The position numbers and the translations under genes are program-made. Of a DNA stretch of 64,000 nucleotides, positions 54,414 to 64,000 are shown piece after piece. Numbering within the stretch: position 1 is the first letter of the stretch; each line of letters opens with the position of its first letter. The stretch lies in assembly GCA_963701095.1 (NCBI GenBank), contig OY969564.1, positions 1,632,001 through 1,696,000 on the forward strand, written 5' to 3'. This DNA is from an uncultured Methanoregulaceae archaeon (lineage in GTDB: Archaea > Halobacteriota > Methanomicrobia > Methanomicrobiales > Methanospirillaceae). The notes beneath the pieces were generated by a model. The model did no database searches. It saw only the letters and a list, made by a program, of their open reading frames with translations, and had not been told where the DNA came from.

Positions 54414-55649
54414 AAATCGCCTATTTTGTCGATGAATTCCCTCCCTTTTTCCGGGGGGACTCGGGACGTACGCGAGCGAGATCTCCCGGCAGTTTGTCCG
54501 CAGGGGCCATTCGCTCTCTGTTTTTTCGCGCAATACCGGGAATGATCCCACCTCGGAAATACGCGACGGGCTCGATATCCACCGGCCCCGGCTCATGAAA
54601 ACATCCGATATCATTTCCATGGTTAACCCTACCGAAGTGAGGACCTGGGATGAAAACGGGCAGGAATTTTTTGCTGAAACCCTTCTTTACAACCTGCTTT
54701 CCGCTTCAAAACTGGTTAATTATCTCGTTTTCAAAGAGAAGCAGCACTACGATCTGGTGGTTTCCCATGACTGGCTTGCAGCACTCGCCGGGATCACCAC
54801 ACGAAAAAATCTCGGGCTGCCGTTTGTTTTCCATTTCCATTCGACAGAACAGGGCCGGAACCCGTCGGATCCCCAACCATCAAGGATATTGAACGCCAGT
54901 CCGCTACCATCGCCGACGCTATTGTCACAGTAAGCTATGCCATGAGAGACGAACTGGTAAGCTACGGATACGCCGAGCATAAAATACGGGTCATCCACAA
55001 CGGTGTCGATGAGAAAAAATATGATCCTTCGCGGTTTTTGCCCCACCAGATTGAACTGTTCCGGCAGAAAATCGGGATCGGTCACGCCCCGATGATCCTC
55101 TTCATAGGGAGGCTAACCTGGGTGAAAGGGGTCGATATGCTCGTCCTTGCGATGCCCCATATTCTCAAAGAAGTCCCTCATGCAAAACTGGTTATCCTCG
55201 GTGTCGGCGAGATGGATCAGATGCTCTCGCATATGGTCCATAACCTGCATCTTGAGGATAATGTGATCCTTCATTTTATGATGGTCCCGGAGGAAGAGCG
55301 TCTCTTGTATTATGCATCCTCCGACGTAGTTGTCCTTCCTTCAAAGTACGAACCGTTCGGTATTGTATGTACCGAGGCCATGTCTCTTGGAAAACCGGTT
55401 GTTGTGGGCGCCCGGGGAACATCGGGTTTCCGCGAACAGGTCATCCCCAATGGCGAGGGAATCTGCGGTTACCATATTAATCCATACGATCCTCAGGATA
55501 TCGCAAAATTTGTCGTCAATATCCTGAAACATCCCGATCTTGCGGCGACGATGGGAAAGAACGGGAGGAACCGGGTAATAGAACAGTTCACCTGGGAAAA
55601 CGCTGCGGAAAACACTCTGCGAATCTACCGGGAACTGGTCGAAGGCTGA
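54410..55649 (+). CDS. Glycosyltransferase family 4 (frameshifts near 54455 and 54870)
   Basis: MKIAYFVDEFPP..GGLG, HDWL, HSTEQGR, GRLTWVKG, EPFGIVCTEAM. Confidence 0.88.
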
Positions 55650-55665
55650 CACGGGGGTTTTCGGC

Positions 55666-57357
55666 ATGGTGTTTCAATGGGCACGGGAGATCCAGGTATC
55701 CGGAACAGCTCGTTCGCTCGAATTTCTTATGACCGCGGACCATGCCTACTGTTCGTCTTCGGCGGGAGCAAATACCCGGAGATATCACGGTCTTTTTGTA
55801 CGGGACGGGCGTGTGCTCCTCGCCGGGCTCGATGAACGGCTCAACGGTATCCAGATTTCTACCCAACAATACGAGGGGGCCGATAACATTGCGGGGCTCG
55901 GGTATCTTGTTTCATTTTCCGTATATCCGCCGATCTGGGTCTACTGGATCGACGGCAGTATGCTTAAAAAAACGGTGTTCTTCAACAGCCAGGGCCTCAG
56001 TATTGTGTACGAAATTTCAGGAAATGCTGATCTATGGGTCCGTCCGCTTATCACGGACCGGCCCACCGATGATTTGGCACGTGATCCCGTTGTCGCATGC
56101 CAAGCTGAGGCTGACGGTTTCCGGTGGAACCATCTAGTATTCAGCGGCGACCTTCCGTACAAATCACACCCGGAAACATACTGGAATGTATGGTACCAGA
56201 AGGAGCAGGAACGCGGGTACAATGCTGTCGAGGGATTGTATTCCCCGGGCGTTTATGAGGGTCATGTCCAGGACGCAACGGTCATGTTCCGCTGCACCCC
56301 GGATATCCCGAATCCTCCCCGCACAACAAGTACCCGGACACCTCAGACAGATCTTGAATGGCTGGAATGGGCAGCGGATGCGTTCATGCACAGAGACGAG
56401 CTGTTTGCCGGTTATCACTGGTTCTGCGAGTCGTGGGGAAGGGATTCTGCAATTAGTGTTACCGGATTACTCACCGACCGTAGCCGGAAAGAGGATGCAC
56501 AGGCCGTTTTACGATACCTCGCAGATAGGGAGAAAAATGGTCTTTTCCCGAACCGGTTCCCCGATAATTACCATTCCAGCGATGCATCGTTATGGTTTAT
56601 CCATGCACTTGTCCAGTACCGGCGACGGTGGGGGGATGATCCGTTTATAGAGAAGACAAAACCGGTGATCGAACATATCCTTTTGAATTATCCGTTTTCT
56701 GAGGTCGCTTCACTGGACCACAACCTGATTGCCGTAGTTCCACAAAGTACATGGATGGATACGGTGTACACACCCCGTGAGGGAAAACCGGTTGAAATTA
56801 ACGCTCTCTGGGTGCAGGCTTTACACGAGGCCGATTCCATGGGGATCGAAACCCTCATAGACCCGGCAGCGGCTCTTTCAGCGTTCCGGCAGTTCTGGAA
56901 TGAGAGCAGTGGATGTCTCTATGACGTGATCGATCCGCCCGATCCATCGATCCGGCCAAACCAGCTCATCGCACTTGCCCTTGGACTTATCGATCAGAAC
57001 CAGGCCACAACTTCACTCAATACCATCACGAAATTGCTTTTAACGCCGTACGGTCTTCGTTCACTTGCCCCCACAGATCCGGCATACCATGGCCGGTATA
57101 ACGGGGACCGGAGTTATCATAACGGGTGCGTTTGGCCCTGGCTTACCGGGTATTATTGTCAGGTACTGCTCAGGCACGGTGTTTCCCGGGAAAAAACAAG
57201 GTTGGTTCTTACACCAATACTCCAGCATCTCAAGGAGGCCGGGGTGGGATACATATCTGAAATTTTCGATGGCGATTTTCCCTTCCTGCCCCATGGCTGC
57301 ATTGCACAGGCATGGAGCGTGGCAGAAATAAGCCGGGCTTACCGGATGGTCTATTGA
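55666..57357 (+). CDS. Amylo-alpha-1,6-glucosidase (archaeal glycogen debranching enzyme)
   Basis: NTRRYHGL, AGYHWF..WGRD, DASLWF, TWMD..PR.GKPVEINALW, RPNQ, YHNG.VWPW, QAWSVAE. Confidence 0.92.
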   Translation: MVFQWAREIQVSGTARSLEFLMTADHAYCSSSAGANTRRYHGLFVRDGRVLLAGLDERLNGIQISTQQYEGADNIAGLGYLVSFSVYPPIWVYWIDGSMLKKTVFFNSQGLSIVYEISGNADLWVRPLITDRPTDDLARDPVVACQAEADGFRWNHLVFSGDLPYKSHPETYWNVWYQKEQERGYNAVEGLYSPGVYEGHVQDATVMFRCTPDIPNPPRTTSTRTPQTDLEWLEWAADAFMHRDELFAGYHWFCESWGRDSAISVTGLLTDRSRKEDAQAVLRYLADREKNGLFPNRFPDNYHSSDASLWFIHALVQYRRRWGDDPFIEKTKPVIEHILLNYPFSEVASLDHNLIAVVPQSTWMDTVYTPREGKPVEINALWVQALHEADSMGIETLIDPAAALSAFRQFWNESSGCLYDVIDPPDPSIRPNQLIALALGLIDQNQATTSLNTITKLLLTPYGLRSLAPTDPAYHGRYNGDRSYHNGCVWPWLTGYYCQVLLRHGVSREKTRLVLTPILQHLKEAGVGYISEIFDGDFPFLPHGCIAQAWSVAEISRAYRMVY

Positions 57358-57474
57358 TAGAAACCGACGGCCATGTAATTGCAGTGAATAAGAAGATATA
57401 ACAATTTTTTCTGAATATAAACGATTCAAATCAGAATATATATTCACTTTAAAAGATCATTAAAAACCTGATCG

Positions 57475-58626
57475 ATGATGGGTTTGCGAGAGAGGGTTTT
57501 TGGTGTATTCTTTCCTAAAGAAAAACCTTCACCAGAACTCTTCGCCCCGATCCAAATCACGCCAGAACCAAGGTCAAAAGAATTCCGGATTCCAACGGTA
57601 CCGAAACGTCTCGATCGCCTCATCAGGAATTGCGTCAGGAACAATCCGGCCCATCTCTATGACGATTTTGAAGAATTGAAACCGGATGTACTAAGTGTTT
57701 TCAATAATCAGGCCGGTGAACAGCCTTTTGCCGGAGAGGGAAAAGGATCTCTGACGGAAAAAGACAGTAACAAGAACGATGAGCGGCTGAATGAACCCGG
57801 CTGGATAGAAGAAATGTTGGCAGCCTGTGAATGTTTGGCCATGCTGGATCCGGAAGATGCCAGTGCGTTGATTAACAAAGGCGATATGCTCGCTGAAACT
57901 GGCCGGTTTAACGAAGCAGCATCAGCATATGATCGCGCGATCGAACTGTCACCGGACGACGAATCCATCTGGTACAACAAAGGGCTTTCGCTTGCAAAAA
58001 TGGGTCGGTGGAACGAAGCACTTTCCGTTTTTAATGATGTCCTTTCAAAGAAACCGGAACTCTCCGGTGCATGGAACAATAAAGGGGTATTACTTGCTGA
58101 ACTTGGCCAATTCACGGAGGCGGTGGCCGCCTATGATCAGGCAATTGAATTGAAACCGGACGATGCAAAAGCGTGGAACAACAAGGGAGATTCACTTGCC
58201 GAACTTGGCCGGTTTGAAGAAGCGATGGCTGCATATGATCATGCTCTTGCGCTCAACCCAAAGGACTCTGAATTGTGGTATTACAACGGGGATTCTCCTA
58301 ATGAACTTGGCCGGTTTATAGCAGCGGTGGCTGCCTTCAACAATACCGTTGCTCGGAAAAAGGATGACGCCGAAGAGTGGTACCTGGAGGGGAAATCGCT
58401 TGCCGGGCAAGGTCAGTTCGAGAACGCAATGACTGCTTACGATCGTGCCATTGAACTGAGACCGGATTTTGCTGATGCGTGGCTCAGCAAAGGAGCTTTT
58501 TGCGGGATACTGGGTAAAGATCAGGAGGCAATTCAATGCTTTGAGAAATTTATTGGTTGTGCAGCCCCGGAAAATGCATTCCAGGTTGAAGAAATTCGGG
58601 AGATAATCGATCAGCTGAAACACTAA
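57475..58626 (+). CDS. TPR-repeat protein
   Basis: Repeated W.NKG..LA.LG.F.EA..AYD.AIEL.P units. Confidence 0.9.
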   Translation: MMGLRERVFGVFFPKEKPSPELFAPIQITPEPRSKEFRIPTVPKRLDRLIRNCVRNNPAHLYDDFEELKPDVLSVFNNQAGEQPFAGEGKGSLTEKDSNKNDERLNEPGWIEEMLAACECLAMLDPEDASALINKGDMLAETGRFNEAASAYDRAIELSPDDESIWYNKGLSLAKMGRWNEALSVFNDVLSKKPELSGAWNNKGVLLAELGQFTEAVAAYDQAIELKPDDAKAWNNKGDSLAELGRFEEAMAAYDHALALNPKDSELWYYNGDSPNELGRFIAAVAAFNNTVARKKDDAEEWYLEGKSLAGQGQFENAMTAYDRAIELRPDFADAWLSKGAFCGILGKDQEAIQCFEKFIGCAAPENAFQVEEIREIIDQLKH

Positions 58627-58776
58627 AAACAAGCCAGATCGAAAACAGTAAAAAATGATCGCACCCTCGTCGACATAGGGGTATAGTGTATACTATATTT
58701 CTGATTTTTAAGTGTTGGTTATATTTTCAAAAATAAATTGATTTATTAAATAGGTGATCCCATATTACAGCGCAGC

Positions 58777-61398
58777 ATGTTTTCAGTCCTTTATGTCGAC
58801 GATGAATCAAACATTCTCGAAGTTACCAAGTTATACCTTGAGGTAACCGGGGAATTTTCCGTTGATACCAGACAATCAGTAAAGGATGGACTCGATGCTC
58901 TCAAGATCAAGACATATAACGCGGTCGTATCGGATTTCCAGATGCCGGGGACAGATGGCATCGAATTTCTTAAAATTGTCCGGTCGACATTTGGCGATAT
59001 CCCCTTTATTCTGTTCACCGGTAAGGGACGGGAAGATGTAGCCATTCAGGCACTTGATAATGGCGTGGATTTCTACATCCAGAAAGGTGAAGACACAGAG
59101 TCACAGCTTGGCGAGCTGCGAAACAAGATAAAAATGGCTGTGGACCAGAATAATACCAAAGCCCGGATAAATTTTGAACAACGGACTGATCTTTTCAATT
59201 CCCTTCCAGATGCTGCCTTCAGCATCGACAAACGGGGGGTGGTAATCGCCTGGAACAAAGCGATCGAGGAGCTGACCGGTGTTTCGGCGGTAGATATGTT
59301 CGGTAAGGACAATTATGAATACGCCCTGCCGTTCTATGGAGAGCGTTGTCCGCTCCTTATTGATCTTGTTTTCAAACCTGATGCAAAAATCGAAGACCGT
59401 TATACCAACATAGTACGGGACCAGGGAACGGTCATTACGGGAGAAGCACGATTCGCAAAACCGCGTGGGGATGCTAAGATCCTGTCCTGCAAGGCCGTAC
59501 CGGTTTACGACAATAAGGGAAACGTGATTGGCGCTATTGAATCGATGTGCGACATCACACCGCAGAAAACAGCAGAGCACGCACTCCAGGAAAGCGAAGT
59601 CCGTTTGCAACGGGCGGAATTAATAGCACACGTGGGACACTGGCAGATCGATCTTTCCTCCGGGACGATGATATATTCTGAGGGTGCGGGAACAATTTAC
59701 GGTCTGAAAAATCTCGTACAACCGGTAAAAGCAGCGCAGCAAATCCCGCTCCCGGAATACCGTAACGGTCTGGATGAAGCTCTCCGTGCCCTGATAGCAC
59801 AAGGTAAACCGTACAACGTTGAATATAAAATCCAGCGAGCAAATGACTGGGCGTTACGGGATATCCATTCCATAGCGGCCTATGACGCTGAACACCGTGT
59901 CGTTTTTGGCGTGATCCAGGATATCACCGAGCGTAAAATTGCCGAAAAAATACTCCGGGAGAGCGAGGGCAGGTTCCGGTCAATTGTAGAGAATTCTCCT
60001 GAATCCATCCTGATAATTGACCTGCAGGGAACTATCCTGTTTTCAAACAGTGCGGCGATCCAGACGATCGAGGGAAATGACTTTTCTTCATTGATCGGCA
60101 GAAATATCATTGAATTTATTTCCCCGGAGTCGCGGGGGCAGATGGCAAAAGACTTTTCGAAGTTATCCCGTGGAGAAGACGCCACCTTTGCGTGCTATTC
60201 AGTTATAACAGCGCAAGGCAGGAAGAGACTGGTTGAAAGTATCGGAAAATCTGTTGTATTTGAGGGTAAAACTACAGTTTTTCTCTCAGTCAGGGAGGTT
60301 ACGGATCGTAAACTTTCCGGAGATCTTTTGCAGGAGAACGGAGATCAACTTGTTCTTGCCTTTAACGCTATAGAAGAGGGAATGGCCCTGCACGAGATCA
60401 TTTTTGATACCGATAAAAAAGCATCTGATTATCGTGTACTTGCAGTCAACGATTCATTCGAACGACAGCTGGATATAAACCGTGCAGACGTTGCAGGGAA
60501 AACCAGCCGTGAAGCGTATGCCACAACCGAGCCCCCTTACCTCGAAGTATTCGCACGGGTTGCAGACACCGGTAAACCGGAAACCTTTGAGACGTGGTTT
60601 GCGCCACTTCAGAAATATTTCCGAATCTCGGTCTATTCTCCCCGGAAAAACCAGTTTGTTACAGTTTTTTACGACATATCCGAGCGCAAAATGGCAGAGG
60701 ATGCCGTCCGGCAGGCTAACATCCAGCTCAACTTAATGACCAGCATCACCCGGCATGATATTCTCAACAAGGTCTCGGCTCTTATCGGCTATTATGGTAT
60801 CATACGCCTGAAATTCCCCAATCCCGCTCTAACCTATTATATCAGCAAACTGGAAGACACCACACATGCGATCCAGTCCCTGATCATGGATACCCAGACC
60901 TACCAGAATATTGGTATCCGGGAACCGCAATGGCAGGACCTGGACAAAATCGTGAGGCGGTTGCAAATCCCTGAAATGATCAAACTCACCGTAGATTTAC
61001 GGAGCGTCCAGGTATATGCAGACCCGATGCTCGAAAAAGTGTTCTTCAATCTCATGGATAATTCCATCAGGCACGGCGGTCATGTAACCGAGATCAGGGT
61101 GGCAGTCAGTCGGGCAGATGAAGGGCTTGTCGTGGTCTGGGAGGACAATGGCACCGGTATCCCCGGTGAAGACAAAGATAAAATTTTTGAGAAAGGATAT
61201 GGTGTAAATACTGGTCTTGGATTGCCCCTATGCAGTGAGATTCTTGCCATTACCGGTATTTCCCTGCGGGAAACCGGGGAACCTGGCAAAGGTGCGCGGT
61301 TCGAAATAGTGGTTCCGAAAGGCGCATACCGGCTTAATCAAATGACTGTCGGTGAAAAAGAAATTTCGATATTTCCTATTCCTACAAGCAAATCCTAG
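58777..61398 (+). CDS. Receiver-PAS(x4)-histidine kinase hybrid
   Basis: VLYVDDE..SDFQMP..DG..FTG..K receiver; PAS repeats; SITRHDILN, NLMDNSIRHG, EDNGTG, TGLGL. Confidence 0.93.
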   Translation: MFSVLYVDDESNILEVTKLYLEVTGEFSVDTRQSVKDGLDALKIKTYNAVVSDFQMPGTDGIEFLKIVRSTFGDIPFILFTGKGREDVAIQALDNGVDFYIQKGEDTESQLGELRNKIKMAVDQNNTKARINFEQRTDLFNSLPDAAFSIDKRGVVIAWNKAIEELTGVSAVDMFGKDNYEYALPFYGERCPLLIDLVFKPDAKIEDRYTNIVRDQGTVITGEARFAKPRGDAKILSCKAVPVYDNKGNVIGAIESMCDITPQKTAEHALQESEVRLQRAELIAHVGHWQIDLSSGTMIYSEGAGTIYGLKNLVQPVKAAQQIPLPEYRNGLDEALRALIAQGKPYNVEYKIQRANDWALRDIHSIAAYDAEHRVVFGVIQDITERKIAEKILRESEGRFRSIVENSPESILIIDLQGTILFSNSAAIQTIEGNDFSSLIGRNIIEFISPESRGQMAKDFSKLSRGEDATFACYSVITAQGRKRLVESIGKSVVFEGKTTVFLSVREVTDRKLSGDLLQENGDQLVLAFNAIEEGMALHEIIFDTDKKASDYRVLAVNDSFERQLDINRADVAGKTSREAYATTEPPYLEVFARVADTGKPETFETWFAPLQKYFRISVYSPRKNQFVTVFYDISERKMAEDAVRQANIQLNLMTSITRHDILNKVSALIGYYGIIRLKFPNPALTYYISKLEDTTHAIQSLIMDTQTYQNIGIREPQWQDLDKIVRRLQIPEMIKLTVDLRSVQVYADPMLEKVFFNLMDNSIRHGGHVTEIRVAVSRADEGLVVVWEDNGTGIPGEDKDKIFEKGYGVNTGLGLPLCSEILAITGISLRETGEPGKGARFEIVVPKGAYRLNQMTVGEKEISIFPIPTSKS

Positions 61399-62453
61399 GG
61401 GTTTATCAAAGCACATCGGTCCGTGAAGGTATCATTTCTGCGCTTCTTGTGGATGGCCATCTCGATATTTGCGAAGAGTTCCTGCCGGTTGATTGGTTTT
61501 ACAAGATAACCATCGGACTCTGTCATTACTACCCGCAGAATTGTCTCGTCATCTGCATGAGCAGTCATAAAAATAGTCGGCGTGCCATATAATCCCCGGA
61601 TCTGCCGTGCTGTCTCGATGCCATCTAAATCACCGTCAATATGGATGTCTACAAGGATCAGGTCAAGATTATGCTCACGACCGGCCATGGCAATTGCTTG
61701 TTCGCCGTTCGCGGCAATCCCTATAACAGTATAGCCGATTTCCCTCAGGAGATCTTCAAGCATTTTTGAGAAGTCTGAATCGTCATCAACGAGAAGGATA
61801 CGTTTTTCGATGGAGTTTGCGATGTCCCTAACCGCTCCGTGACTGCGTACACCTTTTTTAGTATTTTTAAAATCGGCTTTGGTAAATGCTTCAGGATCAG
61901 ATTCTTTTATTTTTTGGGCAAATTGCTCGATTGCGGATTGCAACTTATCAGATTCCCGGTTAAGTTCCAGAATCCTTTGGGTATTTTTTACATCAGTTAC
62001 TTTCAATTGCGACAGTTCGTTTTCCTTTTCCTGGAATAACTGGATATATTGATCTATTATCGCTCTGAGCCGCTCGCATTCCTGTTCTAATTCAATAAGA
62101 CGTTTAACATTTCTCTGCTCTGATTCTTTGAGCGCACTGAGTTCAGTTTCCCGGTTTACTAACACGTCATAAATATTTCCGGTTGAATTTCTCAGAGCAT
62201 CACGTTCTGCTTTTAATTGGGAAGATTCGTTTTTCTGGTTCGCTAAATCACTATATAGCTGACGAATCTGGACCTGAGCCAGGTTGTTTTGAGCATATAT
62301 TGCTTCCATTTCATTGGTTATTGTCCTGAATTCATTGCAGGCTACCGCATGTAGCTCTTCGATACGTCTCCAGCCAAACAATCTGCCTAAAAAATTAAGA
62401 GATTTGATATTCTCAAGCAATACGCGTAAATTTTCCGAAGATGAAATTACCAT
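61395..62453 (-). CDS. Coiled-coil protein with C-terminal receiver domain
   Basis: Long heptad region, then RILLVDDD..LVDI..DG..MTAH..YLVKP; start at MVISSS. Confidence 0.85.
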   Translation of the reverse strand: MVISSSENLRVLLENIKSLNFLGRLFGWRRIEELHAVACNEFRTITNEMEAIYAQNNLAQVQIRQLYSDLANQKNESSQLKAERDALRNSTGNIYDVLVNRETELSALKESEQRNVKRLIELEQECERLRAIIDQYIQLFQEKENELSQLKVTDVKNTQRILELNRESDKLQSAIEQFAQKIKESDPEAFTKADFKNTKKGVRSHGAVRDIANSIEKRILLVDDDSDFSKMLEDLLREIGYTVIGIAANGEQAIAMAGREHNLDLILVDIHIDGDLDGIETARQIRGLYGTPTIFMTAHADDETILRVVMTESDGYLVKPINRQELFANIEMAIHKKRRNDTFTDRCALINP

Positions 62454-62865
62454 ATTTATCTCTAAACAAAAAAATGAGTTAGACACATAAATATATTTGG
62501 GAGAAAATTTGAGATTATATAGAGATTTAATGGAATTTATAAAATATATTGGAAAAATATATATTTTTTGGAGCGGTAAAGCGTTTTTATGACGAATTTC
62601 CTTTGTATTAATTGGTAAACTCCCCAATGATGCGTATCTAACATTCACTCTGAATAATCAGGGGTATTTGATCCAACGGGTATAGGATAATTTATAAGAA
62701 ATTGATACTGTTTTTATAACTAAATTTCAAAAAGATAAATATTTTCATATTAAAATAAGGAGAATATTGCGCGTTTTTAAAATTCTCTTGGGATTAAACG
62801 ATTATTCTACCATAATACTTTATTGAGAGTCTCTCATACCATTCTACATTAGAGACTTCTGAGCC

Positions 62866-64000
62866 ATGACAGCCCGAGTTCCCCCCTTATTAAAAAAACA
62901 TCTCAAATCGTGTCATGCTGTCAGTTCCGGGCTCTTCCTGCTTGTGGCACTGGTGGCCGTCCCTCTAATAATGTCCAACGCATCTGCTGAATATCAGAAT
63001 TCAGTAAACCCTGCTTTTAATCTGACTGTACTTGTGATCGATAACCAGACCGGGGCAAATATCGGGCAGGCCCTTGTTTACTTTGACGGCGCCGCAGAGG
63101 GGTCAACATCTGATATCTATGGAAGTCTCCTCATTCCCGGGGTAAGGAATGGACAACACTCTGTCAGGATTAAAAAACTTGGTTTTGATGAGATCACTAA
63201 AATTGTAAATGTCCAAGCTGATATGAATTCGACTATTACACTCAGCCCTTCAAAAATCACGCCGATCTTTATTAACGGCCCCCCGGAAGAGAAAATCGAT
63301 GTGGTTTTTGTTCCGTCGGACACCGAGTATGACGGAGATACTAACCAAAAATTACCGGCAAACGATTATACATCAAACCGGACAGCTTTTGAATCTGACG
63401 TAAATAATCTGATCGCCAATTATTTCAGACTCGATACAATAACCTCCCCCACTGTGGGTCTGCCAGCTGACTATAGGGACAGGTTTAATTTCTATTATTA
63501 CTGGGACGATCACCACTTCGCTGATGCATTTGAAGGTTGCGCAGGTACGCTCCCGGATCATTTCTGGGAGGATGCCCCGTTTGCCGATGCGGCGATTATC
63601 GTATACCCGAAATACATCGGACGATATGCCGGGCCGCCCAGCCAGCCGGATGGATGCGGGATGGGATTGGGGCTTGGAACCCACTCATGGGCTAAAGTCC
63701 CGGGGAACTCGGATACGATCTTCCTGCACGAGAGTGGTCATGCTATCTGGGGGCTCGTCGATACGTTCTGTGGGGTTACTGATTACTACACAGTAGTTAA
63801 TCCAGATCCCAATATCTGGAGCAGCGAAGCAGCCTGTAATGTGAGCGCCACAAGTAATCACTGGAATTCTTCAGTTTGCAGCCAGATTACCGGCGCTGCA
63901 CCTACTCCGGGAGGTGCTGCCTGCTCTGAACCTTACTGGCGATATGACCCGGAGCCGGACCTTATGGGTCTTGGTGCAAATTCAGAGTCCGGTGTGTTTG
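62866..64000 (+). CDS. Secreted PEGA-like plus M64-like zinc metallopeptidase (3' partial, not in ORF track)
   Basis: Manual translation is open to the window end: signal/TM, V.FDG...G.H.V.IKK.GF, NGPPEEKIDVVFVP, FNFYY, FLHESGHAIWGLVD. Confidence 0.8.
   Translation, partial: MTARVPPLLKKHLKSCHAVSSGLFLLVALVAVPLIMSNASAEYQNSVNPAFNLTVLVIDNQTGANIGQALVYFDGAAEGSTSDIYGSLLIPGVRNGQHSVRIKKLGFDEITKIVNVQADMNSTITLSPSKITPIFINGPPEEKIDVVFVPSDTEYDGDTNQKLPANDYTSNRTAFESDVNNLIANYFRLDTITSPTVGLPADYRDRFNFYYYWDDHHFADAFEGCAGTLPDHFWEDAPFADAAIIVYPKYIGRYAGPPSQPDGCGMGLGLGTHSWAKVPGNSDTIFLHESGHAIWGLVDTFCGVTDYYTVVNPDPNIWSSEAACNVSATSNHWNSSVCSQITGAAPTPGGAACSEPYWRYDPEPDLMGLGANSESGVF

Overview
64 kb of an archaeal methanogen chromosome, most consistent with Methanomicrobiales (Methanoregula-like). 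This is inferred from archaeal RibC, two CofH paralogs, PolD small subunit, thermosome, TrpB2 and HisKA_2/PAS kinases. About 60 genes are present: an oxidative-stress/redox cluster (0.9-7.8 kb), argC-CBS-argJ-argB, an ADP-ribosylglycohydrolase divergent from acs-satP, trpB2, riboflavin/thiamine/purE genes, an AbrB-led redox operon with a QueG-like protein, a receptor-less CheB-CheR fusion flanked by two kinases, a thermosome, a glycogen cluster and more signalling and surface genes. I saw no rRNA, tRNA, CRISPR array, transposase or integrase. About 20 single-base frame breaks hit even essential genes, so the assembly is probably an error-prone long-read one. The breaks outside homopolymers cluster at AGCT and GTAC, which may reveal host DNA methylation motifs. 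The best candidates for something new are: (1) a thioredoxin gene ending in an A_AAA_AAG-stop site whose -1 frame runs straight into a thioredoxin-CcdA-like ORF, a possible programmed frameshift; (2) a chemoreceptor-independent CheB/CheR methylation module with Glu-pair coiled coils in its neighbouring kinases; (3) a possible O-acetyl-ADP-ribose/acetate salvage neighbourhood; and (4) small Cys-rich proteins and structured leaders missed by the ORF track. No clearly complete novel system can be proven from sequence alone.
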